Shown one piece after another: positions 1 to 8,562 of a stretch of 64,000 bases of DNA (its first letter is position 1; the number at the start of each line of letters is the position of its first letter). The translations under genes were made by a program, and so were the position numbers. Location: positions 32,001 to 96,000 of the IMG/VR virus record IMGVR_UViG_3300014325_000011, one strand, 5' to 3'. Under the pieces are notes generated by a model, which saw only the letters and a program-made list of their open reading frames with translations, ran no database searches and was not told the DNA's origin. Source of the DNA: a virus.

Positions 1-17
1 CGGTCACCACGGTCGGG

Positions 18-1721
18 TTGGTAACGGCCCGGCGGGGTGTGGCCACAGGGCTCCGCCGGGAACTCGTCACCGCCGCGGCTGGTGTGGTGACGGTCGCCGT
101 TGCTGCGGCGGCCGGTGTGGTGATCCATCTTGCGATCCCCATCGTCATCCTCACTATCGGGGCAACGGTGCGGATCACCACACACCCGACCACACGGGCT
201 CGCCGTGAAGCCGAGAAGGCCACACAGGCCCGCCAGGCTGAGCTTGTGGCCTACGCCGACGACTGGCCACGCATCGTCCGTCTCGCGAAGCTTCCGAAGG
301 ATGTTCTTCTCAACGGTCCGGTCATCGACCGCGCCCCGCTCGGACGTACCTACCGGGTCTGCACCCGCAAGGAAGACGGCGACATCGGCTTCCTCGCGGG
401 CATGGTGCCCGGTCTGACCGTGGCCCTAGATCAGCCCTGGGGTGCGGTCACTGTCGAGGTGTCGAACAAGTGGCCGCGGGAGGCGTTCGTCCACGTCAAC
501 GACGGCGATCCGCAGGAAGTCGCCCGCGCCACCACCGAGATCCGGCCTGTCGACACGATCGTCGACACGGAACTGTTCGTCGGCGCCTACCGGGCCGACG
601 GGTCACCGTATGCGCTGCGCTGGTTCGACTCGGAGGTTGGCACCCGCCATCAGATGTCGGTTGGCGACATGGGCATGGGCAAGTCGTCGATCAACATTCG
701 TGCGTTTGCCCAGCTCCAGGACGCCAGAGACTGGACGATCGTCTGTATCGACGGCGCCCGACGAGACTTCGGCCCGTGGGCGAAAGCGGGGGCCTTCTTC
801 CGCTACGCCACCGACCCGGCGGACGCCCTGAACATCCTCCTGACCTTGGAGTATGTCCTCGAAGGCCGCGAGCAGTTCATGGACGACAACGGCTGGCGAG
901 TATGGCAGCCATCGGCCCTGCACCCGGTCCTCGTCGTACTCATCGAAGAAATTGCCAAGTATGCGGAGCATCCCGTTGTGGGCCGGAAGATTCAAAGCAT
1001 TTTGGCCCGTTCGTCGAAGCGGATGCGCGCTGCCGGCATCAAGTTTGTGACCTCCACGCAGACAGGCACAGGCGGCGGTGTTGGCGGCTACGAGTTCCGG
1101 CGGATGATGCAGGACCGGCTGCACTTCTACTCAGTCGAGTCGACAGGGTTTCTGGTCCGCTCGAAGCCTGCCTGGCCGGGAGACATTGGCGAGTTCGCCG
1201 GCTACCTGTTCGCCGAGTCGCTTCGCGAGAAGACCGGGATGCTCATCAAGGCGGCGTGGACGCCGGACGAGGACCGGCCGGACATCATCGCGAACATCGC
1301 CGCGCACATCGCCCGTCCGGAGGATGAATGGCTGGCCGCCGAGCAGGCCCGGGTCCGTGCGGAAATGCCCGCCGACGACGCTCCCGCCACTCCGGCATCC
1401 GCCGTTCCCGCCTCTGCGGATACGCAAACTGTCGAGGGCGAGTACACGGTCCTGTCGGTCCACAAGCCGCCCGTGAAGACCCTCCCCCCGAAGGCGCCGG
1501 AGATGACGTGGGACCAGGCCAGGCGGACTTTGAATGCCATGGTCGAGGATGCGAAGGAACGCGGGGTGGTGATGAAGGAGATCGAGGCCGTGACGGGGCG
1601 GAAGCGCACGTGGATTCGAGACAATCTGACGAATCCGGCGATCGAAGCAGGGTCGATTGTGTGTGTCCGCTCGGGTCGGGATCATCGGTATACGGCTGTC
1701 GAGTACGCCTCCGCCGCATGA
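18..1721 (+). CDS. FtsK/SpoIIIE-family (TraB-like) DNA translocase; true start probably upstream of the window
   Basis: N-terminal hydrophobic segments, Walker A GDMGMGKS, Walker B VLVVLIEE, MRAAGI..TSTQ motif, C-terminal wHTH-like segment (MKEIEAVTGRKRTWIRD). Confidence 0.75.
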   Translation: MVTARRGVATGLRRELVTAAAGVVTVAVAAAAGVVIHLAIPIVILTIGATVRITTHPTTRARREAEKATQARQAELVAYADDWPRIVRLAKLPKDVLLNGPVIDRAPLGRTYRVCTRKEDGDIGFLAGMVPGLTVALDQPWGAVTVEVSNKWPREAFVHVNDGDPQEVARATTEIRPVDTIVDTELFVGAYRADGSPYALRWFDSEVGTRHQMSVGDMGMGKSSINIRAFAQLQDARDWTIVCIDGARRDFGPWAKAGAFFRYATDPADALNILLTLEYVLEGREQFMDDNGWRVWQPSALHPVLVVLIEEIAKYAEHPVVGRKIQSILARSSKRMRAAGIKFVTSTQTGTGGGVGGYEFRRMMQDRLHFYSVESTGFLVRSKPAWPGDIGEFAGYLFAESLREKTGMLIKAAWTPDEDRPDIIANIAAHIARPEDEWLAAEQARVRAEMPADDAPATPASAVPASADTQTVEGEYTVLSVHKPPVKTLPPKAPEMTWDQARRTLNAMVEDAKERGVVMKEIEAVTGRKRTWIRDNLTNPAIEAGSIVCVRSGRDHRYTAVEYASAA

Positions 1722-1870
1722 TCGTTAACCCCACTCCCCCACCGGGGGTGGCTGCACGCTGCGTGATGCTGCCGGACCCTGCCGTTGATCTACCGTCTCG
1801 CGCACGCGCGCGCGTAAGGGTGCCTGTGGCAGGGTCCACGGCAGCGGCAGCGGCAGCATCCCAGTAGGGG

Positions 1871-2125
1871 CTATCCGTCACTCTCCGTAGCAGACTCCGG
1901 GGGTTGGTGAGTCTGGTTCCGCGCCGCGTTCGCCGCCGCGACGACCCGCTGAACCGTCTTCCGCGTAATGCTGAGAATGTCCGCGATCTCGTCGTAGTCG
2001 AGCCCGGCGGACACCGCGGCCAGGATCGCGGGGTCCCGCTCCGAGGTGTATTCGCGGTGCAGGTCGGCGAGTCGTCTGAGGTTCGCTCGCGTGGTGTCGG
2101 CGCTGGCCGGTGGGGGAGTGGTCAC
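1871..2125 (-). CDS. Small helix-turn-helix DNA-binding protein (putative repressor), leaderless GTG start
   Basis: AGLDYDEIADILSITRKTVQR HTH; TAGACT -10 lies 7 nt before the GTG at 2125. Confidence 0.7.
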   Translation of the reverse strand: MTTPPPASADTTRANLRRLADLHREYTSERDPAILAAVSAGLDYDEIADILSITRKTVQRVVAAANAARNQTHQPPESATESDG

Positions 2126-2133
2126 AGAGGCGA

Positions 2134-2192
2134 GTCTACCGGGCGGGACCACACATGGGACATGATGTCCCATGTGTGGTATGGTGGAGATG
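2134..2192. promoter_or_regulatory. Divergent leaderless promoters flanking a perfect 33-bp palindromic operator
   Basis: ACCACACATGGGACAT-G-ATGTCCCATGTGTGGT at 2148-2180; -10-like TATGGT (+) before GTG 2192; TAGACT (-) before GTG 2125. Confidence 0.75.
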
Positions 2193-2461
2193 TGAGCGAG
2201 AACCGGCATCCCGAAGGGCTGCTACCCGGCGACCTCATCGAGTCGCCGTTCCGGTGCGGCCTTCGGATGCGGTTCACCCACACCGGTATCGCGCGACTCG
2301 CCGACGCCATCGACAAGCCGAACCCGGAACTGGACCCAAACGAGCCTGTGCGGCTCGTGTTCGGCGAGGACCCGACGCATGGCGGGTTGGACCGGTGGGT
2401 GCTCGATCTGAACGGCACGGTGCGGCTTGTTGAGGCCATGCCGAGAAAGGGGGAACGGTGA
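2192..2461 (+). CDS. Hypothetical early protein (MSENRHPEG...)
   Basis: Leaderless GTG after TATGGT; GTGA overlap with the next gene. Confidence 0.65.
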   Translation: MSENRHPEGLLPGDLIESPFRCGLRMRFTHTGIARLADAIDKPNPELDPNEPVRLVFGEDPTHGGLDRWVLDLNGTVRLVEAMPRKGER

Positions 2462-2712
2462 ACCTGACCGCAGCACGGGAGCAGGTTCTGCGCGCTGTCG
2501 CCCGGGGCGAGGTGACTCGCAACAACCGTGACGACACGCGACCCTGTTGGGATCGAGGCCGCCGGAAGGCGGTCACGGTGCAGGTGAAATGGCTCCGTAA
2601 TGCGGGGATGGTCACCTACAACGTCGACCTTCGTGCAGGGTGGACGCCGGTCACCCTCACGCCTGCCGGCCGCGAGTGGTTGGACGCCAACCCGGAGAAG
2701 GGAGCGGACTGA
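2458..2712 (+). CDS. Small winged-helix-like protein
   Basis: QVLRAVARG...LRNAGMV...VTLTPAGREWL pattern; translational coupling. Confidence 0.6.
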   Translation: MNLTAAREQVLRAVARGEVTRNNRDDTRPCWDRGRRKAVTVQVKWLRNAGMVTYNVDLRAGWTPVTLTPAGREWLDANPEKGAD

Positions 2713-2713
2713 G

Positions 2714-2992
2714 ATGGACACCGTGTTCGTGCTGACGTTCACCGACTGGACGAACTCCAAGAGGTGGGGTGACCGGCCGTTCGCGGCGGCCGTCTCACTG
2801 GACCTGGCGAAAGCCGATGCCGCAGATGTGGCCACGCACAGTCTGGGCGACATGGTCGTGGACGACTGGTCGGAGATCGTCGATGGCGACTGGGAGACGC
2901 CGGTGTGGGTCGCCCCGGTCGTCGAGCCGTTCGTGATGCGACGGCAGGTTGGCGTGTTCGAGATCCGCGCCTTCAAGGTTCGGGAGGGCTGA
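2714..2992 (+). CDS. Hypothetical protein, probable paralog of 3364-3639
   Basis: GGAG RBS; MDTVFVL...DGDW...VGVFEI. Confidence 0.65.
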   Translation: MDTVFVLTFTDWTNSKRWGDRPFAAAVSLDLAKADAADVATHSLGDMVVDDWSEIVDGDWETPVWVAPVVEPFVMRRQVGVFEIRAFKVREG

Positions 2993-2995
2993 ACG

Positions 2996-3364
2996 GTGGC
3001 CGACTTGAACTGGGTCCAGGTGGGCGCGAAGGTCGCCAGCATGGGCCACACCTCGCTGAGCATCACAACCGTTGAGAAGATCACCGCAACGCAGATCGTC
3101 CTGGCGAACGGAAGCCGTTACTCGCGCAACACGGGCCGCAAGGTAGGCGCCACCGCCTACGACACGCACGAGCTGCTTCCGGTCGACCACCCGCGGATCC
3201 GCGATCGTCGAATCCGCGCCCAGATCCGCCAGCTCGGACACAAGGTCGACGAGCTGTGTCTCGGCATTAAAAGCAGCGACGAGGCCGCGTCGGTGCTGGC
3301 CGAGGTTGAGAAGGCGGTTGCGGCGACCCGTAAGCGAATCACTGAACTTGGAGGGGAGAGCTGA
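2996..3364 (+). CDS. Hypothetical phage protein (beta-rich N-terminus, coiled-coil C-terminus)
   Basis: GGAGGGCTGA-acg-GTG junction; VEKITATQIVLANGSRY. Confidence 0.65.
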   Translation: MADLNWVQVGAKVASMGHTSLSITTVEKITATQIVLANGSRYSRNTGRKVGATAYDTHELLPVDHPRIRDRRIRAQIRQLGHKVDELCLGIKSSDEAASVLAEVEKAVAATRKRITELGGES

Positions 3365-3639
3365 TGGACCCGCTGTTCGTGCTGTCCCATGTGGCCTACA
3401 CCGGGTACACGGTCGGATCGGTCTACCCGTTTCGCTCGCTCGCCGGCGCGCAGAAAGCGGCTGACAACTGGGCTGAGGACGTGTCTGGCACGCCGACAGG
3501 TGAGTTCGACGCCTGGCGCGGCTGGGAGCACATCGACGGCGACGACTGGGACCGCACGATGTGGCGCCGCCCGCTGTTCTACAAGGGTGCCGAAGTGGGC
3601 GCGCTGGAGATCGTCCAGTTCGACGAGATCGGCGACTAG
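3364..3639 (+). CDS. Hypothetical protein, probable paralog of 2714-2992
   Basis: TGATG coupling; MDPLFVL...DGDDW...VGALEI. Confidence 0.65.
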   Translation: MDPLFVLSHVAYTGYTVGSVYPFRSLAGAQKAADNWAEDVSGTPTGEFDAWRGWEHIDGDDWDRTMWRRPLFYKGAEVGALEIVQFDEIGD

Positions 3640-3641
3640 CC

Positions 3642-3929
3642 ATGCAGCGCGGCGGCCGTACCGGCGGCGTGTCCGACTGGTCGGCCGGCCGGATACACGG
3701 ACGGTCGGCCAGCCGCGCCGCATGGAGACAACAGGCAGTCGACGACCAGATGGGGGAGGGCATGTTCTTCGCCGGTGACGAGTATGCGGGCGACGAGGTC
3801 ACCTCGGGGCCGTACAGCGGTCTGGATGACCCGGACGCCGACGACTACCAGTACGACGATCTTGACGCCGATGTGGCCGACGGCTGGGACTACGACCGCG
3901 AGTACGACGACAACGAGGGGGACGACTGA
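3642..3929 (+). CDS. Hypothetical protein with highly acidic C-terminus
   Basis: Asp/Tyr-rich tail; TGATG coupling to the next gene; start uncertain. Confidence 0.55.
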   Translation: MQRGGRTGGVSDWSAGRIHGRSASRAAWRQQAVDDQMGEGMFFAGDEYAGDEVTSGPYSGLDDPDADDYQYDDLDADVADGWDYDREYDDNEGDD

Positions 3930-4225
3930 TGGGACTCGACATGGCGAAGGTTCGCGAACTCGCGGACGCGGCTGGTGACAGCGGCGACGCCGTGTTCCAA
4001 CTTGGCCAGGAGTTGCTGGGCGCCGAGTACCGGATCGACCGGTCGCTTCACCAGATCCGCGCCGCCTTGGACGAGATCGACAGGGAGCGCGCCCGCGGCC
4101 GGGAGACCGGCGGCATCAACGGCCTGTCGGGAGGCGAACTGGTCGAGCTGTTGACGTCGTTGGGTGAGCGGAACGCGCTGATCCGGGCTGCGAAGCGGCT
4201 CGGCGTCGACGTGACGGCGCTCTGA
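3929..4225 (+). CDS. Hypothetical protein
   Basis: Coupled ORF with typical high-GC codon use. Confidence 0.6.
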   Translation: MGLDMAKVRELADAAGDSGDAVFQLGQELLGAEYRIDRSLHQIRAALDEIDRERARGRETGGINGLSGGELVELLTSLGERNALIRAAKRLGVDVTAL

Positions 4226-4233
4226 GGGCTGAC

Positions 4234-4644
4234 ATGGACGCACAGGCGGCGGCTGTCGCCCGGGTTGCGGCGAAGAGTCGCCAGTTCTGGGAGGACCTGG
4301 AGACGGCCGCGGTCGGTCTCGGCCCGGACGAGGACCGGCCGACACCCATGGGCCACATCCCGCATCCGGGGGACAGTTGCCGCGCGGTGGGCTGTCCGGG
4401 TGTCGACGGCTACCGGACAGGCGACTGGGGCGACCTGTACGGCGATGTGGGCGACGACGAAGACAACGGGCCCTGCGATTTCGCCTGGGAGGGCGAATGG
4501 CCCGGTGTTGACGGCCCGGTGCTCGTCTGCCAAACCCACGGACAGAAGTCGCCCTGCGAGCACAGCCCGGAGTTCGACGCGTACGAGCGGGAGTGGCCTC
4601 ACCGTCCGTTCGACGTGAGCGACTACCCGCCGAAGAGGGTCTGA
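4234..4644 (+). CDS. Hypothetical Cys/His-containing acidic protein
   Basis: ORF in operon; CxxxxC, CxxH and CxH motifs. Confidence 0.6.
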   Translation: MDAQAAAVARVAAKSRQFWEDLETAAVGLGPDEDRPTPMGHIPHPGDSCRAVGCPGVDGYRTGDWGDLYGDVGDDEDNGPCDFAWEGEWPGVDGPVLVCQTHGQKSPCEHSPEFDAYEREWPHRPFDVSDYPPKRV

Positions 4645-4651
4645 GTAAGGA

Positions 4652-4696
4652 GCCTTCGCCCCGCCGTGAGCGTGGGGTGTGAAACCCGGCGAAGGC
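4652..4696 (+). ncRNA. Candidate structured intergenic RNA (three-way junction)
   Basis: Closing stem GCCTTCGCC/GGCGAAGGC enclosing two hairpins, including GGGT-GTGAA-ACCC. Confidence 0.4.
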
Positions 4697-4727
4697 GCGC
4701 GGACAGACACAGGACTGAGGAGGAAAA

Positions 4728-5018
4728 GTGTTCGAAGATCCATCGGGCAGCCTTCGGGACGCCATCAGCGCCATCAGCCTAGGTCCACATCCGGGCGACC
4801 CCGAGTGGCTGGCCGACTGTGTGGGGAACGACCGCCAAGCTGACATCAAAGTCGGGTCGGCGGTCACGCCGAACCTTCGGCCGGGAGTGGATGCGCGTCG
4901 CGCGCCGGTCGGGGTTGTGCTGTGGCGGGAGGTGAAGTTCGGCGTCGGGTACTGCGGCGTGCGCTGGGGCGACGGCCGCGAAGGTCAGGCGCCTGCCTGG
5001 TCGCTGCGGATCGCCTGA
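4728..5018 (+). CDS. Hypothetical protein (SH3-like C-terminus)
   Basis: GAGGAGG RBS; IKVGSAV...GVV...VRWGDG...SLRIA. Confidence 0.6.
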   Translation: MFEDPSGSLRDAISAISLGPHPGDPEWLADCVGNDRQADIKVGSAVTPNLRPGVDARRAPVGVVLWREVKFGVGYCGVRWGDGREGQAPAWSLRIA

Positions 5019-5029
5019 CGAGCGCAGAA

Positions 5030-5078
5030 CCTCTGGCGCGCTGATTCAAAGCGCCGCCGGGTGGACCCGGGGCAGAGG
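5030..5078 (+). ncRNA. Second candidate three-way-junction RNA
   Basis: CCTCTG/CAGAGG stem enclosing GCGCT-GATTCAA-AGCGC and CCGGG-TGGA-CCCGG. Confidence 0.4.
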
Positions 5079-5111
5079 CACGTAGACAACAGGAACGATC
5101 AAGGGGGAGTA

Positions 5112-5303
5112 ATGAAGGTCAAGCTGACGGCATCGTCGCCGGCTTCGGTCCGGTTCTCGGCGACCCGCACCGTGGATCTCCACATCGACCGCGAGGACTG
5201 GGACGACATGTCCGACGACGAGCGGCACGCGGAGATCGACGCGGCTGTTGAGGCGTACCGCCGGGAGATCGTCGACATCGACACCGAAATCGTGGAGGGC
5301 TGA
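5112..5303 (+). CDS. Small acidic hypothetical protein
   Basis: GGGGGAG RBS; MKVKLTAS...IDREDWDDMSDDER. Confidence 0.65.
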   Translation: MKVKLTASSPASVRFSATRTVDLHIDREDWDDMSDDERHAEIDAAVEAYRREIVDIDTEIVEG

Positions 5304-5306
5304 CCG

Positions 5307-5663
5307 GTGCCGGACCGAGCAGATAGCGCCCTGTTGGACGCCAAGAAGATTCCCGCCGGAACGACGCATGTTCTCGTGTTCCTTCCGCCGTCGCTCTACG
5401 GGAACGTGAAGGATCGGCTGACCCGGCCGGGCTGGTGGGAACTGCTGACCGTCGACATGTTCCGCGCGGGCAGTTCGGCGCCGAACGGGTGGGATTGGGA
5501 TGGCAGCCGGCACACCGCGGCTAAGGTCCTCGCCGAGCGGGCGGCCGGGATGCTCGGAAGGCCGGTGCGGCTGTCTCGGGGCCGCTGGTCGGTGTCGAGG
5601 GGCGGCCTGCTGTCGATTTCGCACAGCGAACCGCTGTTCTGGGTCCGACCAGCGGAGGACTGA
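5307..5663 (+). CDS. Hypothetical protein, paralog of 8248-8562
   Basis: THVLVFLPP...PGWWELLT...SEPLFWV. Confidence 0.65.
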   Translation: MPDRADSALLDAKKIPAGTTHVLVFLPPSLYGNVKDRLTRPGWWELLTVDMFRAGSSAPNGWDWDGSRHTAAKVLAERAAGMLGRPVRLSRGRWSVSRGGLLSISHSEPLFWVRPAED

Positions 5664-5666
5664 CCT

Positions 5667-6029
5667 GTGGCCGATTCGATGCTCGACATCCTGACCGGCG
5701 CCCGAGCTGGTGTTGGCGACCCGGACATGGTCGGCGAGGAACTGGCCAAGGCCCGTGCCGAACTGCGCGCACTGTACGCCACCTGGGCTGAGGCGGCGAA
5801 GCGCGACCCGATCACCCCGGAGTTCGACTGGCTGGCGCTGCGTGCTGTCGGCGCCGTACCCGCCCTACTCGACACGATCGAGTTCCTACGGGACACGCTG
5901 GCCCGGATCGCCCGTGGCCAGGACCCGACGCGGGCCGAACGGGACGCCTCCGAATGGTGGGGGACAACGGACTACGAGCCGGTCGAGGCGATCGCGTCGA
6001 TGGCCCGACGACTCACCGGGGAGGTGTGA
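5667..6029 (+). CDS. Hypothetical protein
   Basis: GGAGGACTGA-cct-GTG junction; AVPALLDTIEFLR. Confidence 0.6.
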   Translation: MADSMLDILTGARAGVGDPDMVGEELAKARAELRALYATWAEAAKRDPITPEFDWLALRAVGAVPALLDTIEFLRDTLARIARGQDPTRAERDASEWWGTTDYEPVEAIASMARRLTGEV

Positions 6030-6032
6030 GCG

Positions 6033-6212
6033 GTGGCCGACGACTTGATCCGGGCTGTTATTGCGGATTCGCGAGACGCTGCACAGCGCCGCGCACTCAT
6101 CGCGGTACTTGACCTTGTCGGCACCTGGAAGACGTCGAAGGACAGGTTGGCGGCAGCGGCCGAGGTTCGCAGCGTCATCGTCGATGCGCTCGCACCAAGA
6201 CGGGAGGGCTGA
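6033..6212 (+). CDS. Small hypothetical protein (59 aa, absent from the ORF track): MADDLIRAVIADSRD...PRREG
   Basis: Fills the gap exactly between two junction motifs. Confidence 0.6.
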   Translation: MADDLIRAVIADSRDAAQRRALIAVLDLVGTWKTSKDRLAAAAEVRSVIVDALAPRREG

Positions 6213-6215
6213 CCG

Positions 6216-6482
6216 GTGGCCGACTCGACGACACCGACGGACCACGCCGGGTTGCAGGCCCTTGCCCGTGAGAACGGCTGGCGAGTCACTACGTCGATCG
6301 TCAACCCGCGCAAATGGTGGGCGAGTCGCGACACCGTCGATGACGTGGAAGAAATCGAGGTGGTCCACACGGTGGATGGCTCTGTCGCCGTCGGTTCAAT
6401 GTGGTGGCCGTCGGCGGCTGGTAGCGGCGAACAACTACCCACGGCTGCCGATGTGCGGGCCGCACTCGAATGGAAGGAGTGA
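6216..6482 (+). CDS. Hypothetical protein
   Basis: Junction-motif start; coupled operon. Confidence 0.6.
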   Translation: MADSTTPTDHAGLQALARENGWRVTTSIVNPRKWWASRDTVDDVEEIEVVHTVDGSVAVGSMWWPSAAGSGEQLPTAADVRAALEWKE

Positions 6483-6485
6483 GCG

Positions 6486-6707
6486 GTGGCTGCCCCCACG
6501 ATCGAAGCGCTCACGGCAGCCCCGTCTCGTGACGCCGCCGCCGACATGCTGTCCGGTCTGACTGTCGCGCAGCTCCGCAACTGCGCCGCCGAATGCCGAG
6601 TGACGTTGCTGAGCCGGGACACCAAGGCCGAGATGATCCGGCGGATCGTCAACGGCACTGTCGGTGTCCGCCTCACCGTTGAGGCGTTCAGAGGGGCCAC
6701 GCGATGA
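6486..6707 (+). CDS. Small protein with SAP/Rho-N-like helix-extension-helix
   Basis: LSGLTVAQLRNCAAECRVTL...TKAEMIRRI. Confidence 0.55.
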   Translation: MAAPTIEALTAAPSRDAAADMLSGLTVAQLRNCAAECRVTLLSRDTKAEMIRRIVNGTVGVRLTVEAFRGATR

Positions 6708-6997
6708 CCGTTTCCGATGTCGACGCCCAGCGGGCCGCCGACCGGTGGGCCGAGATCGAGTCCGGCGAGGCGGCGCTGTGCCGTCTGCCGGGCTTCATGG
6801 CCAGGATGGTCATCCGCGAGGACCTCGAAGCCGTCCATCTTCTGGGTGCAGACGACTCGTTCCCCGAGGCGTTGTACCGGCAGATCTGCGATGAGCTGCT
6901 ACCCCGCGACGGAACCGAGATGGACTCGTGGGGTGCCACCGAGTGGAAGCCGGTCCTCGCGCGGGCCCGTGAACTGTCAGGAGGGATGGTCCGGTGA
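6704..6997 (+). CDS. Hypothetical protein
   Basis: ATGA coupling. Confidence 0.6.
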   Translation: MTVSDVDAQRAADRWAEIESGEAALCRLPGFMARMVIREDLEAVHLLGADDSFPEALYRQICDELLPRDGTEMDSWGATEWKPVLARARELSGGMVR

Positions 6998-7401
6998 GGG
7001 CCGACCGTGTGAAGTCCGGCATGCTCGTCAAGGACGACGAAGGCGTCTGGCAGGTCGTCGTTGACCGCCGCGGCCCTGCCTGCCTTGTCTACGCCAACGG
7101 GCATGAGGAGTGGGGCCAGCCCGATGACGACGTTGAGGCTGTCCGGCTGACCGCCCCACAGGTCGAAGCTTTGCGTCGTGCCGCAACTGGCAACCTGTGG
7201 CGCCTTCAGCGGGCCAAGGATGACCGGTGGACGTGGAAGTTCGGCGGCCTGATCCACACCACCATTCCGCAGGGACCATCAACCCACTGCGTCGACCTCG
7301 GCCTGATCGAGATCAGCGGAACTGAGCCGCGCCACGAGTTCTACCGACTGACCCCGTCCGGCCGTGCCCTGCTCGACCTGCTCGACAAGGAGACGGTGTG
7401 A
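6994..7401 (+). CDS. Hypothetical protein with C-terminal wHTH-like domain
   Basis: LTAPQVEALRRAA...LGLIEI...YRLTPSGRALL. Confidence 0.6.
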   Translation: MRADRVKSGMLVKDDEGVWQVVVDRRGPACLVYANGHEEWGQPDDDVEAVRLTAPQVEALRRAATGNLWRLQRAKDDRWTWKFGGLIHTTIPQGPSTHCVDLGLIEISGTEPRHEFYRLTPSGRALLDLLDKETV

Positions 7402-7685
7402 CCGCCACACGACGAGACCTCGAACGAGAGCACCGGATGCTCATCGTTGCGGACAAGGTCGAACGGCGCCTTCTCGCTGGCGGCAGGATTCGCGGTGCCG
7501 ACGCGGAGTTCATCGCCGCCGACATGGCGGTCAGGGCGATGAAGGAGTTGGTCCGCTGCGATGGGGACGTGTCGTGGCTGTTGCCGCTGGACCTTGCAGC
7601 TCTGCGGTGGGCCGGTGTGGACCCGGCCGACCGCGCGACGTGGTTTCTCGAAAGCGCCACCACCAATCCGGAGTCGACACCATGA
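7398..7685 (+). CDS. Hypothetical protein
   Basis: GTGA coupling, AAGGAG RBS. Confidence 0.6.
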   Translation: MTATRRDLEREHRMLIVADKVERRLLAGGRIRGADAEFIAADMAVRAMKELVRCDGDVSWLLPLDLAALRWAGVDPADRATWFLESATTNPESTP

Positions 7686-8251
7686 CCCGCCCCCGGCCGC
7701 GTGTCCTCGACTGGACGACGGCAACCAGCCTCGCCGACCTCGGAGAGTTGACCGCTCGCTACCTCTCCGGCGAGGCCGACGCGTCACCCACCTACGGCGG
7801 CCCGCCGAACGCGGAGACCGCCGAAATCCTCGAACCGTTGCTCGCGTTGAACCATGCCGGTCTGGTCACCCACTGGTCCCAGCCGGGCGTGCCGACCGAA
7901 GGCTGGCAGCAACGCGCCAGCGTGGTCGGCTACTGCACACCTGACCTTGCCATTCGGCTCGCCGAATCCTGCCGCACGGCAGGATTGGACACCACCGTGA
8001 TCGCCCCATCGGACCGCCCCCGATGGCGGACCAGTTTCGCCCGGCGGGTGCCTGTAAGCCTGCGGAACGGCGAAGAGTTCACATGGCTTGGCGCGGTCGA
8101 ATCGACCCATGCGCTTCGCCGCGACTGGGGCTGGGCCCTTGCGCCGACAGGTCTGGCCGCCTTGCTCGACGCCTGCGAGTTCACCGTCCACGACCCGGAG
8201 TGGGGCCGCAAAGACCTGCTCTGGGACACGCTCACCAGGGAGATCCATTGA
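7682..8251 (+). CDS. Conserved-looking actinobacterial hypothetical protein (DUF6919-like)
   Basis: LADLGELTARYL...LNHAGLVTHWSQPG...WQQRASVVG...DPEWGRKDLLW. Confidence 0.55.
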   Translation: MTRPRPRVLDWTTATSLADLGELTARYLSGEADASPTYGGPPNAETAEILEPLLALNHAGLVTHWSQPGVPTEGWQQRASVVGYCTPDLAIRLAESCRTAGLDTTVIAPSDRPRWRTSFARRVPVSLRNGEEFTWLGAVESTHALRRDWGWALAPTGLAALLDACEFTVHDPEWGRKDLLWDTLTREIH

Positions 8252-8562
8252 CCACCCGTCAACAGGCAGTCGCCGCCGCCACGCATGTGCTGGTGTTCAC
8301 TCCGCCGCGGATGTACGAGAAGATCCGCGACCGGGTCACCAAGCCCGGTTCCTGGGAACTGGTCACCATGGCCGACTTCAACGATGGGACCTCCGCGCCC
8401 GACGCCTGGGCGATGGAGACCGGACGGGACACGCCGATCGCGGCACTCAAGGCGTGGGCGGGTGCCCTTCTCCGCTATCCGGTGACCTTGACGAAAGGAT
8501 CGGCCCAGGTGGGTCGGCGTTCGGAGCCCCTGTACTGGGTGCAGCGGGAGGAGACCCCATGA
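8248..8562 (+). CDS. Hypothetical protein, paralog of 5307-5663
   Basis: TTGA coupling; THVLVFTPP...PGSWELVT...SEPLYWV. Confidence 0.65.
   Translation: MTTRQQAVAAATHVLVFTPPRMYEKIRDRVTKPGSWELVTMADFNDGTSAPDAWAMETGRDTPIAALKAWAGALLRYPVTLTKGSAQVGRRSEPLYWVQREETP

Noticed and set aside
1722-1870. TraB clt locus
   Set aside because: Only short GCAGCG and CG runs; no convincing array of 8-bp direct repeats.
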